Assembly (NCBI RefSeq): GCF_026210795.1
Contig: NC_089435.1
Span: forward strand, 372,001-436,000
Direction of reading: 5' to 3'
Length of the DNA stretch: 64,000 nucleotides
Source of the DNA: Rhizophagus irregularis
Lineage: Eukaryota
Positions 39,801 to 52,328 of this stretch are shown piece by piece. Numbering within the stretch: the stretch's first letter is position 1; each line of letters begins with the position of its first letter. The position numbers and the translations under genes are program-made. The notes below the pieces were generated by a model. It saw only the letters and a program-made list of their open reading frames with translations, was not told the origin of the DNA and made no database searches.

Positions 39801-40526
39801 TTCGATATCATTGAACTGGTAATATGGTATCCATTCAGATATTGCATCTTCATAATCATTAATACTTAATTGTATCTCTTGAATTAAATTGTCAATTTGT
39901 TCATTTTCACTGGTCCAGTTCATGAAATTTTCTTTTAACCAATTTATTTGACATGGTTTACACCAGTTATACTCTGAATTTGTATAATACTTTCCACATT
40001 TTATGCATTTTCCATAAAAGATTTCAAAATTTTTTAATATAAAAAACTCAAAATCATTGTAATAATCCTCTATTTGGTATTGTCTGAACTGTATAAAAGC
40101 ACAAAATTATTATTATAATTACTGTATAGTAAAAAAAAAAAATTATTTAATTATAAAATTTCGTACCTTATTTAGACCTTTTAAAACTTCATTATATAAA
40201 TACACTTTTAAAGCAACTATCCTATTTGATTTTTTTATAAGTTCCTTTATATTCCAATTTAATGGACTAAATTTCCATATTGTTGAATATACCGCATTGC
40301 TTATTTCTTTAATTCTATCAAATTGATTGCATGAGATCCATTCAAACATTATATCTATGTAACAATTAATTTTTAATTGTATTTCTTGAATTAGATTATC
40401 AATATCTTTATTTCCACTAGTCCAGCTTGTAATTTGACATGTTTCACACCATTTATATTTAATATTTATGTACATATTGCCGCATTTTACACACTTGTTT
40501 GTGTTATTTGTTAATAAGTTCTGCAT
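33874..40526 (-). CDS. 12-exon protein (~1961 aa): 11 tandem Cys4 + kinase N-lobe modules ending in one complete TKL-type kinase
   Basis: Exons 40167-40526, 39645-40088, 39089-39571, 38550-39023, 38023-38475, 37476-37946, 36940-37407, 36414-36875, 35874-36344, 35338-35805, 34803-35273, 33874-34734. All introns are GT-AG and every exon length is a multiple of 3. The terminal kinase has GKGGFAKVY, VALK, HRDFHTGN, DMG, YVAPE, ADIFSFG, CWDLNPINRP. Confidence 0.8.
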
Positions 40527-42385
40527 TTTGATGTATAAATATTTTTTTATTTTCTCAAAAATTTTTATTCAACCTGCATTATCAGTTATCCAATATATAT
40601 GTAATACACAAACATTAGAATAATTGCGCCATATGGGTAATACAAACGTGACTCTGCTACAAATAGTGCTGATCATATAAAACTGATAATACTGATATAC
40701 CTATAGCCCGTTTAGTAACTTGTACTACTTGCACATATAACTCGGAGTAAAATACTCATTCTGACTTGAACCATTGGAAAATAAAAATTATTATTAGAAA
40801 AAATTTACCTATAACTGATAAAATATGTTTATATTTATAATTTATGAGAATTTTTCTATTAAAATTTGAAATTAGTTGGTTATGAGATGAATAATATCTA
40901 ATTGATAAAAAAGTCCTATATAAAAAATAATTCTAGCATTAAAAATTGTTATTAATCATCATAATAAATTCATGTAGGTTTAAAAGGCCCATCACAACCT
41001 GATTATCTTTTATGTTGACTGATGAAATAAATAATATTGTTCCACAAAAATGATATGACTTTACCCGTTAGGTATTTTCCAAAATTCATTTATTATTTTA
41101 ATTGCACTTATTTTTTGCAAAGTGAAATTTAAATAGCTTAAATTTAATTATAATAATAATAATGAGTCTTTTCACTAAAGTTAATTAACTAATAGTGCAT
41201 AATAGCACACAATTTTCACAAATCGAATCCCAAAAATTCCAAAATTCCAATACTCATATCCGACAATTAAATATTCTCATGAATACAACAAGTTTTAAAA
41301 AATAATTTTTTAATTTTTTAATCATTATATTAGAATAAATAATTATCTTAAGTATGTAAAAATTACATTTTCATCTTAATATAAAGCGAAAAACTAAATT
41401 TTTTTTTAAATTAATAACATTAGTAATAATTCGTTTTATTTTACGAAGTGTTATCAAATATTAATAAAAATATTAATTTTTAAAATGAAAACATTAATTG
41501 TTTACGAAATATTTTAAAAATCTTTACATATTAATAAAAATATTTATTTCAACTTTTTGGAATTTTGCTACTCTTCATAAATCACGTTGCTAAAAAAATT
41601 ATAATTATTATAATCATGCGGAATTGCGGAATATATATCAACAAAATATTACCAATCATATATTCCGTTAATTATGAGATTCTGATTTTATTCTAGCGGC
41701 TGATTCTCATAGTAGTGAAAATCAATTAATACGATTATAGACAAATAAGAAACAAAAAAAAGGAAGTTGTACTACGAATATGATCGTAGTGCTGAAATTT
41801 CTTAATAAACGGGTTTAATCCCGATTTCTACAAAATTAAAGTCGGTTGTTATTGTCATAAGCCATTTTTAACGAAATTTACATATCCGGATCGAACCACT
41901 AAATTCAAGTGGTCCGGTATGACAATTTAACGACTTTCTATTTTCCTCTATAATTTCGTATTAAATAAGAACCTCATAAATATTATATATCTAGAAGAAC
42001 CGCTTATCACTTATTTGTTTTTATTAATACATGAATTAGTAATTAAGCAATTTAAGCATGTATTAATAAAATTTATCTTAACTTATTAAAATATTATGTA
42101 TTTGTTAAGCGAAATCAAGTATAAATATTTATTCTTTAAAATATAACTATATAGATCATCGAGTACTTACAATCTTTTATTATATAAATTCATATATAAA
42201 ATAAAAAAAAATCATTTTCTATTGACAAAAAAAAAATAAAAATATATTGAATAAAACGGTCAAAAATACTATTTTGTTTCATATTAAATTTGACAAATCG
42301 AGAAAAAAATAAAGAGGTCGTAGCAATATATTAAACTGTTTAATATACAAATATATAAATTATATTAATAATCTTGTTTCATTGA

Positions 42386-44441
42386 TTAATATAAACTTCC
42401 ATAGTTATATGCTTTCACAATAGGCGCAAATTTATTTGGTACTTGAATATTTTTTCCAATATATCTATCATATTGGTTAGCAAATTTATGAGGAAATGGA
42501 ACTTCGTTTGGTTTAGAAACATCATCAAGTCTTTTCATTTGTTCAGGTGTCAATCTGAAAAAAATTAAATTTATATTAGAAACATTTTTTTTTTTTTAAA
42601 AAGAAAATTTTTTTTTTCAAATAATTATACTAACTTGAATTCAAGCGATCTAAGATTTTCTTCAAGCTGACTGACTGTTCTAGCACCAATTAGAGAACTT
42701 GTAATACCAGGTTTTTGTTGAACCCAATTCAAAGCAACCTACTTATTTAAGAAAAATATTTTTATTAATAAATTATATTTAAATATTTAGAGGATTGAAT
42801 ATAAATAATTACCTGAACTGGAGATCTATCAATTTCTTCTGAAATTGCAATAACTTCATCTAAAATTTTCCAATTTTTTTCAGATTTTGAATAAGCTCCG
42901 ATTGCTTTATTACGAATGTTTAGTTTTGGATCAACTGTCGATTCTCTTGTATATTTTCCGGTAAGAAAACTATTAAAAGAAATAATTAATATAACGTTAA
43001 TATTTTAACAATGAATACATCATATAATTAATAATTAATAATTACCCTTCAGCAATAGTACCCCATGGAATAACTCCAACCTAAATAATTTGATTTAATA
43101 TCATTATTTAATTCAAGTACTAGTAGTATAAATGTAAAATATAAGTTTATAATACATTACATCAAGTTCAGCACAAGCAGGTTGTAAGTCAAATTCAAAC
43201 GATCGATTCAATAAACTATAACGTGTTTGAAGTCCAATGAAAGGGCTAAAGTAGTTTATAAATATGAGTTAACTTAATAACTTTAGTTTTTATTAGGTTA
43301 AAGTAATTATTATAATTTCATACCTCCATCCACGTAATTCAGCAATAGTATTAGCTCGAGCGAGTGCCCAAGATGGAATATCGCTCACGGCAACATATAA
43401 TGCCTATTTTTTTTTAATAATATTTAGAAAAAAAATTGTTCGAGTAAATATTATAAGAAAAATAAGTTTGCTTACTTTTCCACTTCGAATAACGTCATCT
43501 AATGATCTCATCATTTCTTCGATTGGAGTTCGATATTCAAACATATGAGCATATAAAATATCAACATAGTTCATATTTAATCGTTTCAAACTTTCATCTA
43601 AATTTTCCACAAGACTTTTTCGATGATTTCCCCCTATATGTTTAATTATCAATTAACATAAAATGTTTTAACTGTACTATTATAATTTACTAGCTCACCG
43701 AAATTCGGATTGAATTTCTGATCCTTTAACATAGCAGTTCTATTAGCTGTAAAAATAAATCTTGAAGGTTATTGAAAATTCCAAATTTGAATGATATTAT
43801 AAAGATAATTCATGATCCATACTTGTATATTTTGTTGCAATTACGACATTGGATCGTTTATCAGAGACGTAATCTCCAAGGAAACGTTCACTCTAATCAT
43901 TTATTAATAAATATTAATATTAAATTAAATAAAAAAAAAATAATAATTATAATATCAATACTTACTTCACCAAAATTGTAAATGTTGGAGGTATCTGAAA
44001 AATATACGTTATTATTAAATTATTCGAAAAATTATGAAATGACTTATTATTGACTACGTAAATTAATGAAAAATTACCAAAGAAATTTCCACCCCTTTCG
44101 TAATAAAGATCAAAAACTTTTTTCGATTTTTCTTTATCAGCGCCCACTCCCTATTTGTAAAGTGTTAATGAAATTCAGATATCATTTTTTTCATTTCTTA
44201 ATATAGAGTATATAACTTACCCATTGTTCACCAAAAGTCTTCAATATACAGCATAATTATGTTAATATTAATAAAATGTTTTGTTATCAAAGATATTCAT
44301 AATAATTTTGGTTAGATTGCAAAATTATCTTACCACAGTGCCAAGACATAATGGAGAAATTCTCAATCCAGAACGCCCCAACAAGACATATTCATCAAGA
44401 GCTTTAGTAGTTTTGACGGGAGAAGTATAATCTTGAGACAT
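42386..44441 (-). CDS. Aldo-keto reductase (aryl-alcohol dehydrogenase-like), paralog 2; ~13 exons
   Basis: ATG at 44441 (MSQDYTSPVKTTKALDEYVLLGRSGLRISPLCLGTV). Motifs DTSNIYNFGE, IATKY, GGNHRKSL, DILYAH, GLQTRYSLLNRSFEFDLQPAC, GVIPWGTIAEG, SPVQVALNWV, LIGARTVSQLEENL. Ends ...YNYGSLY* at 42386. Confidence 0.9.
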
Positions 44442-45230
44442 ATTTTCAAAATAAAATATTTTTCAGAAAAATCTCTCGTATCGTAACGTATATTTATATA
44501 CAAATGTTTTCTATCTATTGATTTAGCTAACCTGATTATGATTTATTACAAATCCACTTACTTTAATTAAGATAAATAAGTTTTTGCCCGCATTAGTTTT
44601 AAAAAATGAGCGAATCCAACAAAAATGAATAATACTTGCAGTGATTATCCCTTAGTAATTTAAATTAATGATCCGATCCTATTTTTAAAACGTCATCTGA
44701 ATCTGAAAATTTACGGATTGATCCTTGATAGGAAAAATCTTAATTTTGCATAAATTAGGATTTATCCGGATTAATCCTAATACGAATTTTAACGGATCAT
44801 CCGTTAATCCTTAAATTTTATTGGTAAATTAAATAACGTTGTATGCTTTTTAAAAATGTTCTTTATGCGATATATTAGTATTTCATCTCATCTTATCCCT
44901 TGAATAGGAAAGGGTTTTTATGAAAAGTATGATGTCAAACTTTATTTAAAATTGACATTTGATCAATTAATGGGTCGATCAATTAATCCGATTTTTGATT
45001 GATTAAGGTAACATATAATCATATAATCTATTAATTAATCGGTTAAACAACGCTACTATTGAAATTGTATAACCTTTTGCTTGCGTTTGTTACAAAAATG
45101 GACGAATTAACCAAAAATGATAAAACTATAAAAATAATAATGAGACGTGATTCTCAGTGAGCAACCCTTAATAGTTAACGTATACTTTGATCTACTTTCT
45201 TTAAATTGCCTTAATGTTCTATTTAATACT

Positions 45231-45295
45231 TATATGGTGGATTTGCGTAATCACGTGTCTCGGCTGACATGTGATTACGCAAATCCGCCGATATA
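45231..45295. repeat. GC-rich hairpin (~28-bp stem, 6-nt loop)
   Basis: GGTGGATTTGCGTAATCACGTGTC-TCGGCT-GACATGTGATTACGCAAATCCGCC. Confidence 0.8.
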
Positions 45296-45836
45296 GAATT
45301 GTATCCAGTTCCACAAAAAGTGATTAACCTTAACAAGTAAAGATTAACGTTAATAAATTTTTAAGTGATTTACAACTCGGACTTTGTATTGCATCATTTT
45401 TTTTTTTGTCAAAATAAAACCATTAAGTAAATCTATAATTAAAGTAAAAATTAAATTATTGAAATAAGAATCCAACAATAATAATGTTAGTTGATTTATA
45501 CATTTATCATAATATCAGTATTTATCATCTCTGATGTGACCAATTTTGTGAAACTTCTCAAGGTTTTTCGTGAAGATGAATAATATTTAAGCGTTATCTT
45601 CTATCATAAGAAGAAGCTAAAATCAATTGATACGATCGAAATTTTTATATACCGCAACATTTGTAATTTTTTATTGCAGTTTATTGTTATCTAAACATTT
45701 AAGGTATATTAAAATATGTTTGTTTAAATATTTCTTAAATTAATTTACATCTTCTAAATAACTAAAAAAAGTTTAGATTACCCTCCAATCAATTTATTCC
45801 GTATTTATTAATCGTTAAATAATTTGCATGGTTATG

Positions 45837-47090
45837 CATGTGGCGATGGCCAAATCCATGAGATTTTTGCGGCTAATCCAATTTTTTGCTAATGAGATAA
45901 TGCTAAATAAAAAAAAAAGTAATTTTTCTTATTAATCATATTTTGTTTTAGTCTCTCAAATTGGCCGCAGCAGATCACACCAAGGCTCAAATATTCATTT
46001 TTATTAAAAAAAAAAATAAAAAATAAATCTCCCAGTTTATACCTTTTTTTTTTGTTCTTATAGACCGGAAATTTTATTATTTTTTTTATATATCAGATAC
46101 CTTTTTTTCGGTTTTCGGTTCTTATAGACTTAAAGGTTCTTTTTTTAAAATGCCTTTTTCCCCGATTCTTATAGGCCGAAATTATTTTCTGAAATTAAAA
46201 TTTTTTTTTTCATTTTTTTTTCAAACCGAAAAAAAATAAGAATTTATTATTATTATTATTATTATTCGTTTTACTTATCGATTATTAGTAATTATGATAA
46301 TATTATTTAAGGACCCAGAAATATATATAAAAGGGTCAGGTTTGAGTTTGCGTATTTTGAACTAAAAAAATCATGAAAATCTTTCCTTTTTTAGATAATT
46401 TTTGATAATGCCAGTCAGAATTTTATTTCCTATTATAGTAACCGACTGGCATTATCATAATTCCGGCCCTGAAAAAATGCGTACAGCTCATAGTAAAAAA
46501 TTTTTTTCATCACCTGACCCCTATATATATATTTCTGGGTCCTATTATTTACCTAAATATAGCTAACCCGGATAATAAAGTTTTGATCTTCATAAGTCTA
46601 ACCAATACTATAATACTATATGATCGTAAAATAAAAAGGTGCTATTTAATGATGTCATAAAAGAAATATTATCATAAAAAAAATTTCTTCTTTACGTTCC
46701 TACATCCATATTTCCTAAACCAATCAAAATAATACTAATATTTATAATTTTTGGCTTTTATGGTGGGGCCACAAATACTGCATCTGTAGAGTTATCTATT
46801 ACAAATTACTGTGACTGAATGACGAGATCATATTAACGTGCAGCGTTAGTTTGAAAAAAAAAACGAAAAAAAACTGACTAATTAATAATAATATTAAAAA
46901 AAATCGGTTTTGAAAAAACCGAAAAAAATAAGAAACCATAAAAATTTTATCTTTCCAAAAGGAAGGGAATGGCCTAGATTAATAAGAAAAAACTAAATTT
47001 TTTTTTCGTAAAAAAAAAAATCGATAAAAATTTCATTAACCGGATCTGGATTAGCCACAAAAATTTTCATGGATTAGCCATCGGCACATG
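45837..47090. mobile_element. Non-autonomous TIR element (~1.25 kb) carrying a nested MITE
   Basis: ~42-bp imperfect TIRs CATGTGGCGATGGCCAAATCCATGAGATTTTTGCGGCTAATCCA ... TGGATTAGCCACAAAAATTTTCATGGATTAGCCATCGGCACATG. T-rich left arm and A-rich right arm. No TSD seen. Confidence 0.65.
46310..46543. mobile_element. MITE (234 bp) with 8-bp TSD, nested in the 45837-47090 element
   Basis: TIRs AGGACCCAGAAATATATATAAAAGGGTCAGG ... CCTGACCCCTATATATATATTTCTGGGTCCT. ATTATTTA at 46302-46309 and 46544-46551. Internal inverted repeat GATAATGCCAGTC/GACTGGCATTATC. Confidence 0.85.
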
Positions 47091-48399
47091 ACTCCGAAGG
47101 ATATTTTATTTTTAAAAGTTGAAATTATCAAAAGGTTTAAATAGTGTTAAAACCTTATATGATTTTAATATAAGAATTATGTATTTTTACTATAGTTTTA
47201 ATATTTCTTTATATTTCTTTGTAATAAAATTATAACTTTTAATATTATTTTTATATTTCAGCTTAAAATTTAAAAACTAAAAACTAAAAACTAAATATTT
47301 TATTATTTTTTTTTTCTAAGTTTAACAGTAGATGATTAGAACGTATATGTCAAATCTTGTCAAAATGTTTAGATTTTAAATGGTTTATGTTTAGACTTTT
47401 GATATTAGCCAAATATATCATTCAACTTCTTTTAAAGCATGTCTGGAATGTATGACAGGTTATGCCGAATATATTATTTTAGATTACAACTGTAAATGTC
47501 AATTTGCTTATTTTTTCATGTAATGTTTATCTTAAAAAAAATTTTTGCGCTTTTTAAAAATGTTAAAGAATAAAAAATATATATATTGCATACTTTCAAA
47601 TATTGTCATATAAAAGAATTAATATTATTGCATACATTTTATTAAATACTATATTTACATGAAATTTATGAAATTTTTATTAAAAAACGCGTCTTAGTAT
47701 TACAAAAAAATCCATACAACTTCATGAAAATTAATACAAATCAATATACAAGCATCTGCATACCTCATAAACAACTATCTTTAAGTATCTTTCATTTTTC
47801 AACTGTTTAATATGACCAAATGCTGAAATTATGTTGTGAAATTTATAATCCCGTTTGTTATGGATTTATTTATGAAATATTTATAAAAATATTTTAGCAC
47901 CTAAAGCTCTGCTGCTGGTGGAAAACGTTTAACTTTATTAAATAACAAAAAACTTTTAAATATTAAAACATATTTTTAAAACATGAAAAGGGGAAGAAAA
48001 GGGGGGAAGGGAAAAACGATAAAAAAGAATTGATGTGGCTGATGATGATGAACTAACCAGTTGTCTAATAAATAGTACGATCAGGCAGATAATTTGGCAT
48101 TTCGGCGTAACCTGTCACACATTAAAATAACTTGGATTATTACTTCTATTCCCTTTCGATGAATTATTTTATATTGTAGACAAAGACTATCATTGATGTT
48201 AAGTATTCATTTGCAATAGTAATTTTAATAAATTTTGAAGTATGGATTTGTTTAAATTTACTAAATAAATTATAATATATTAATAAACTTTATTTTTATA
48301 TTTGTATTAATAATAATTACTTTATTGTAGAAATTGTGTAAGTATGTAATATATATATTTCCTACATAATAAAATATTCTAACATAAATAATAGAATTA

Positions 48400-51300
48400 T
48401 TAAATTTTAATTACACATTCAAAACACTCAGAATTTTCTTGAACTAAGATTTCAGTAAGTCTGCGACTTGTATAATATGCTTGTGAATGAGATTGTATAA
48501 TAGCAGTATTTGCTTGTGGATGATATTGTATAATAGAAGTATTTGCTTGTTCTTGTACTAAAGTTTTGTTTGCTTCTACAAATTCAATCATATCATCTTT
48601 TAATTGATCATCAACATTAGATACCTTAAATTTATAATCTCCATCCCTGTTTATTTCATAATATTCATTAATACATCTAATCCATTCAGATATAATATTT
48701 TCAAGCATTCCTATAGTTGGTCTATTGGAGGGATTTGAATCCCAACATTTTTTCATTAAATCTATATAACATTTTGGAGTATTTTTTATGATTTCAGGAC
48801 GTTTCCCTTTACAAATATTCAAGGTAAGGTGATGATCATGTGCCTCATGATTAAATGGAGGAATACCTGATGTAAATTCCCACATTATCATTGAAAAACT
48901 ATAAATATCACTTGCTGGAGTATAAGGTTTCATTCTTAATATTTCTGGTGCCATATAAGGCAAAACTCCATAAATTTCATTAATTTTATTATCAGTATCT
49001 TGCAAATCATTCATAGGCTTACATAATCCCATATCAATAATAAATAACTCATTGTAATTATCTGACATTAAAATATTACCATCATGAAAATCACCATGAG
49101 TTAAATTTGATTCATGAATTACTTTAAGTCCTAATATAATTGTTTTCAACAATTGTAACTTGTCTTGCCATTTAAATTTAATTATATCAGATAAGCATTT
49201 TCTCAAACTTCCTTTTTTTGCATAACTCATTACTATTATATAATTTAAATTATTTGGATCTTGGGTAAATCCAAAGAACTGAATAAATTTTGAAAATGAT
49301 TTTTTCTGACAATTATAATGATATTTCCACTATATAAATAAAAAAAAATCATTAAAGTTTTGCAAAAGATTATAAAATTTGCTATTAAATAAAAATACTA
49401 TACCTCATTCAGAAATTTACTATTTAAATTTGATGAATTATTAAGTGTTTTAAGAATGACTTCATAACCTGTTTGAAAATTACATCTATTCCATTGTTGT
49501 TTGTCAAAATTCCAACTAATAATAGGTCCATCTAACCAGATAGCCTTATAAATTTCGCCAAATCCTCCTTTATCATAATAATTAATATTTGACAATTTAT
49601 TATATGGTATCCATTCTAAAATTTCATAACTATTTTTAGCATTTAATTGTGCTTCTTGAATAAATTTATCAATAAATTCATTTTCGCTAGTCCACTTTAA
49701 AAAGTCTTGTTGGAATCGTTTAATATTACATTTTTGGCACCACTGGTAATCATTATATGGTTGCTTGCATTCATTACATAATTCAGCTTCATTTTTAAGA
49801 CCCACTTTGTTACTTTCAACTATTTTTTGATGCCAATAAAATGCTTTTTCTAAATTCTTTTCTGTTCCTTCTCCATTTTCATAACATAAGGTTAATAAAA
49901 ACATTGCGGTAGTATGTCCATTTTCTGCTGCTTTTTGATACCAATGAAAGGCTTTTTCTAAATTATTTTCTATTCCTTCTCCTTTAATATACATACAGGC
50001 TGAGTAAAACATTGCATCAGTATGTCCATTTTGTGCTGCTCTTTGATACCAATAAAATGCTTTTTCTAAATTCTTTTCTGTTCCTTTTCCTTCTTTATAA
50101 CATATGGCTAAACTATTCATTGCTTTAATATGATCTTTTTCTGCTGCTTTTTGATACCAGTGAAAAGCTTTTTCTAAATTTTTTTCTGTTTCTTCTCCAT
50201 TATTATACATGATGGCTAGATTAAACATTGCATTTTCATCATTTTTTGCCGCTTTTTGATACCAATAAAAGGCTTTTTCTAAATTCTTTTCTGTTCCTTC
50301 TCCTTTTTTATAATAAATGGCTAAATTGAACATTGCATTAGTATGTCCATTTTCTGCTGCTTTTTGATACCAATGAAAGGCTTTTTCTAAATTATTTTCT
50401 ATTCCTTCTCCTTTAATATACATACAGGCTGAGTAAAACATTGCATCAGTATGTCCATTTTGTGCTGCTCTTTGATACCAATAAAATGCTTTTTCTAAAT
50501 TCTTTTCTGTTCCTTTTCCTTCTTTATAACATATGGCTAAACTATTCATTGCTTTAATATGATCTTTTTCTGCTGCTTTTTGATACCAGTGAAAAGCTTT
50601 TTCTAAATTTTTTTCTGTTTCTTCTCCATTATTATACATGATGGCTAGATTAAACATTGCATTTTCATCATTTTTTGCCGCTTTTTGATACCAATAAAAG
50701 GCTTTTTCTAAATTCTTTTCTGTTACTTCTCCTTTTTTATAATATATGGCTAAATTACTCATTGCTTCTTCAATACCATTTTCTGCTGCTTTTTGATAAC
50801 AATGAAAGGCTTTTTCTAAATTCTTTTCTATTCCTTCTCCATTTTCATAACATACGGCTAAATTAAACACTGCATAAGTATGTCCATTTTCTGCTGCTTT
50901 TTGAAACAAATGAAAGGCTTTTTCTGAATTCTTTTCTGTTCCTTTTCCATTATAATAACATGTAGCTAAGTTAAATATTGCTTCTTTAACACCATATTCT
51001 GCTACTTTTTTATACCAATAAAATGCTTTTTCTAAATTCTTTACTGTTCCTTTTCCTTCTCCATAACATATGGCTAAATTATTCATTGCTCCTTCAACAC
51101 CATTTTCAGCTGCTTTTTGATACCAATAAAAGGCTTTTTCTAAATTCTTTTCTGTTCCTTCTCCTTTTTTATAATAAATGGCTAAATTGAACATTGCATT
51201 AGTATGTCCATTTTCTGCTGCTTTTTTATACCAATGAAAAGCTTTTTCTAATTTTTTTTCTGTTCCTTCTCCATCATAATAACACATGGCTAAATAAACC

Positions 51301-52328
51301 ATTGCAATAGTATATCCATTTTCTGCTGCTTTTTGATACCAATAAAAGGCTTTTTCTAAATTCTTTTCTGTTCCTTCTCCATTATTATACATGATGGCTA
51401 AATTAGACATTGCATTAGTATGTCCATTTTCTGCTGCTTTTTTATACCAATAAAAGGTTTTTTCTAAATTCTTTTCTGTTCTTTCTCCATAATTATACAT
51501 ACTGGCTAAATTAAACATTGCATTAGCATATCCTTTCTCTGCTGCTTTTTGGTACCAATAAAAGGCTTTTTCTAAATTTTTTTTTGTTCCTTCTCCATTA
51601 TAATATTTATCGGCTAAATTAAAACTTGCTTCAATATGGTCTTTTTCAGCTGCTTTTTGTATCCAATAAAAGGCTTTTTCTAAGTTCTTTCCTGTTCCTT
51701 CTCCTATATAATAACACACTTCTAAATTAAACATTGCATTAGTATATCCATTTTCTGCTGCTTTTTGATACCAATAAAAGGCTTTTTTTGAATTCTTTTC
51801 TGTTCCTTCTCCATTTTTATACATACAGGCTAAATTAAAAATTGCTTCAATATAGTCTTTTTTGGCCGCTTTTTGCATCCAATAAAAGGCTTTTTTTAAA
51901 TTCTTTTCTGTTCCTTCTCCAGTATAATGATATATGGCTAAATTAAAAATTGCTTCAATATGGTCTTTTTCAGCTGCTTTTTGTATCCAATAAAAGGCTT
52001 TTTCTAAATTCTTTTCTGTTTCTTCTCCATTATAATATATACTGGCTAGTTTAAACATTGCATCTTCATCATCATTTTCTGCTGCTTTTTGAAACCAATT
52101 AAGGGCTTTATTTAAATTCTTTTCTGTTCCTTTTCCATAATAATAACTATTGGCTAAATTAAACATTGCTACTATATTACCACTTTCTGCTAATTTTTCC
52201 AACGAATTAATACATTCTTTACACCACAATTTTTCAGTAAAAGGCTTATTGCAATATAAACAATTTTTGATGTTTATTAAATTAGTATCTTTATCTGAGA
52301 TATTTGATTTACTAAATTTAGTAACCAT
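48400..52328 (-). CDS. SEL1-array + TKL-type protein kinase, paralog 2 (~22 SEL1 repeats; ~1284 aa). Exons 49404-52328 and 48400-49329
   Basis: Same architecture and same phase-0 intron (49330-49403, after FLNE) as paralog 1. Kinase motifs KGGFGEI, VILK, HGDFHDGN, DMG, YMAPE. Confidence 0.92.

Noticed and set aside
34749..40526. Treating the short ORFs as separate small genes or pseudogene fragments
   Set aside because: Each ends just after a GT donor at the same motif and all join in frame, so one spliced gene is more parsimonious.
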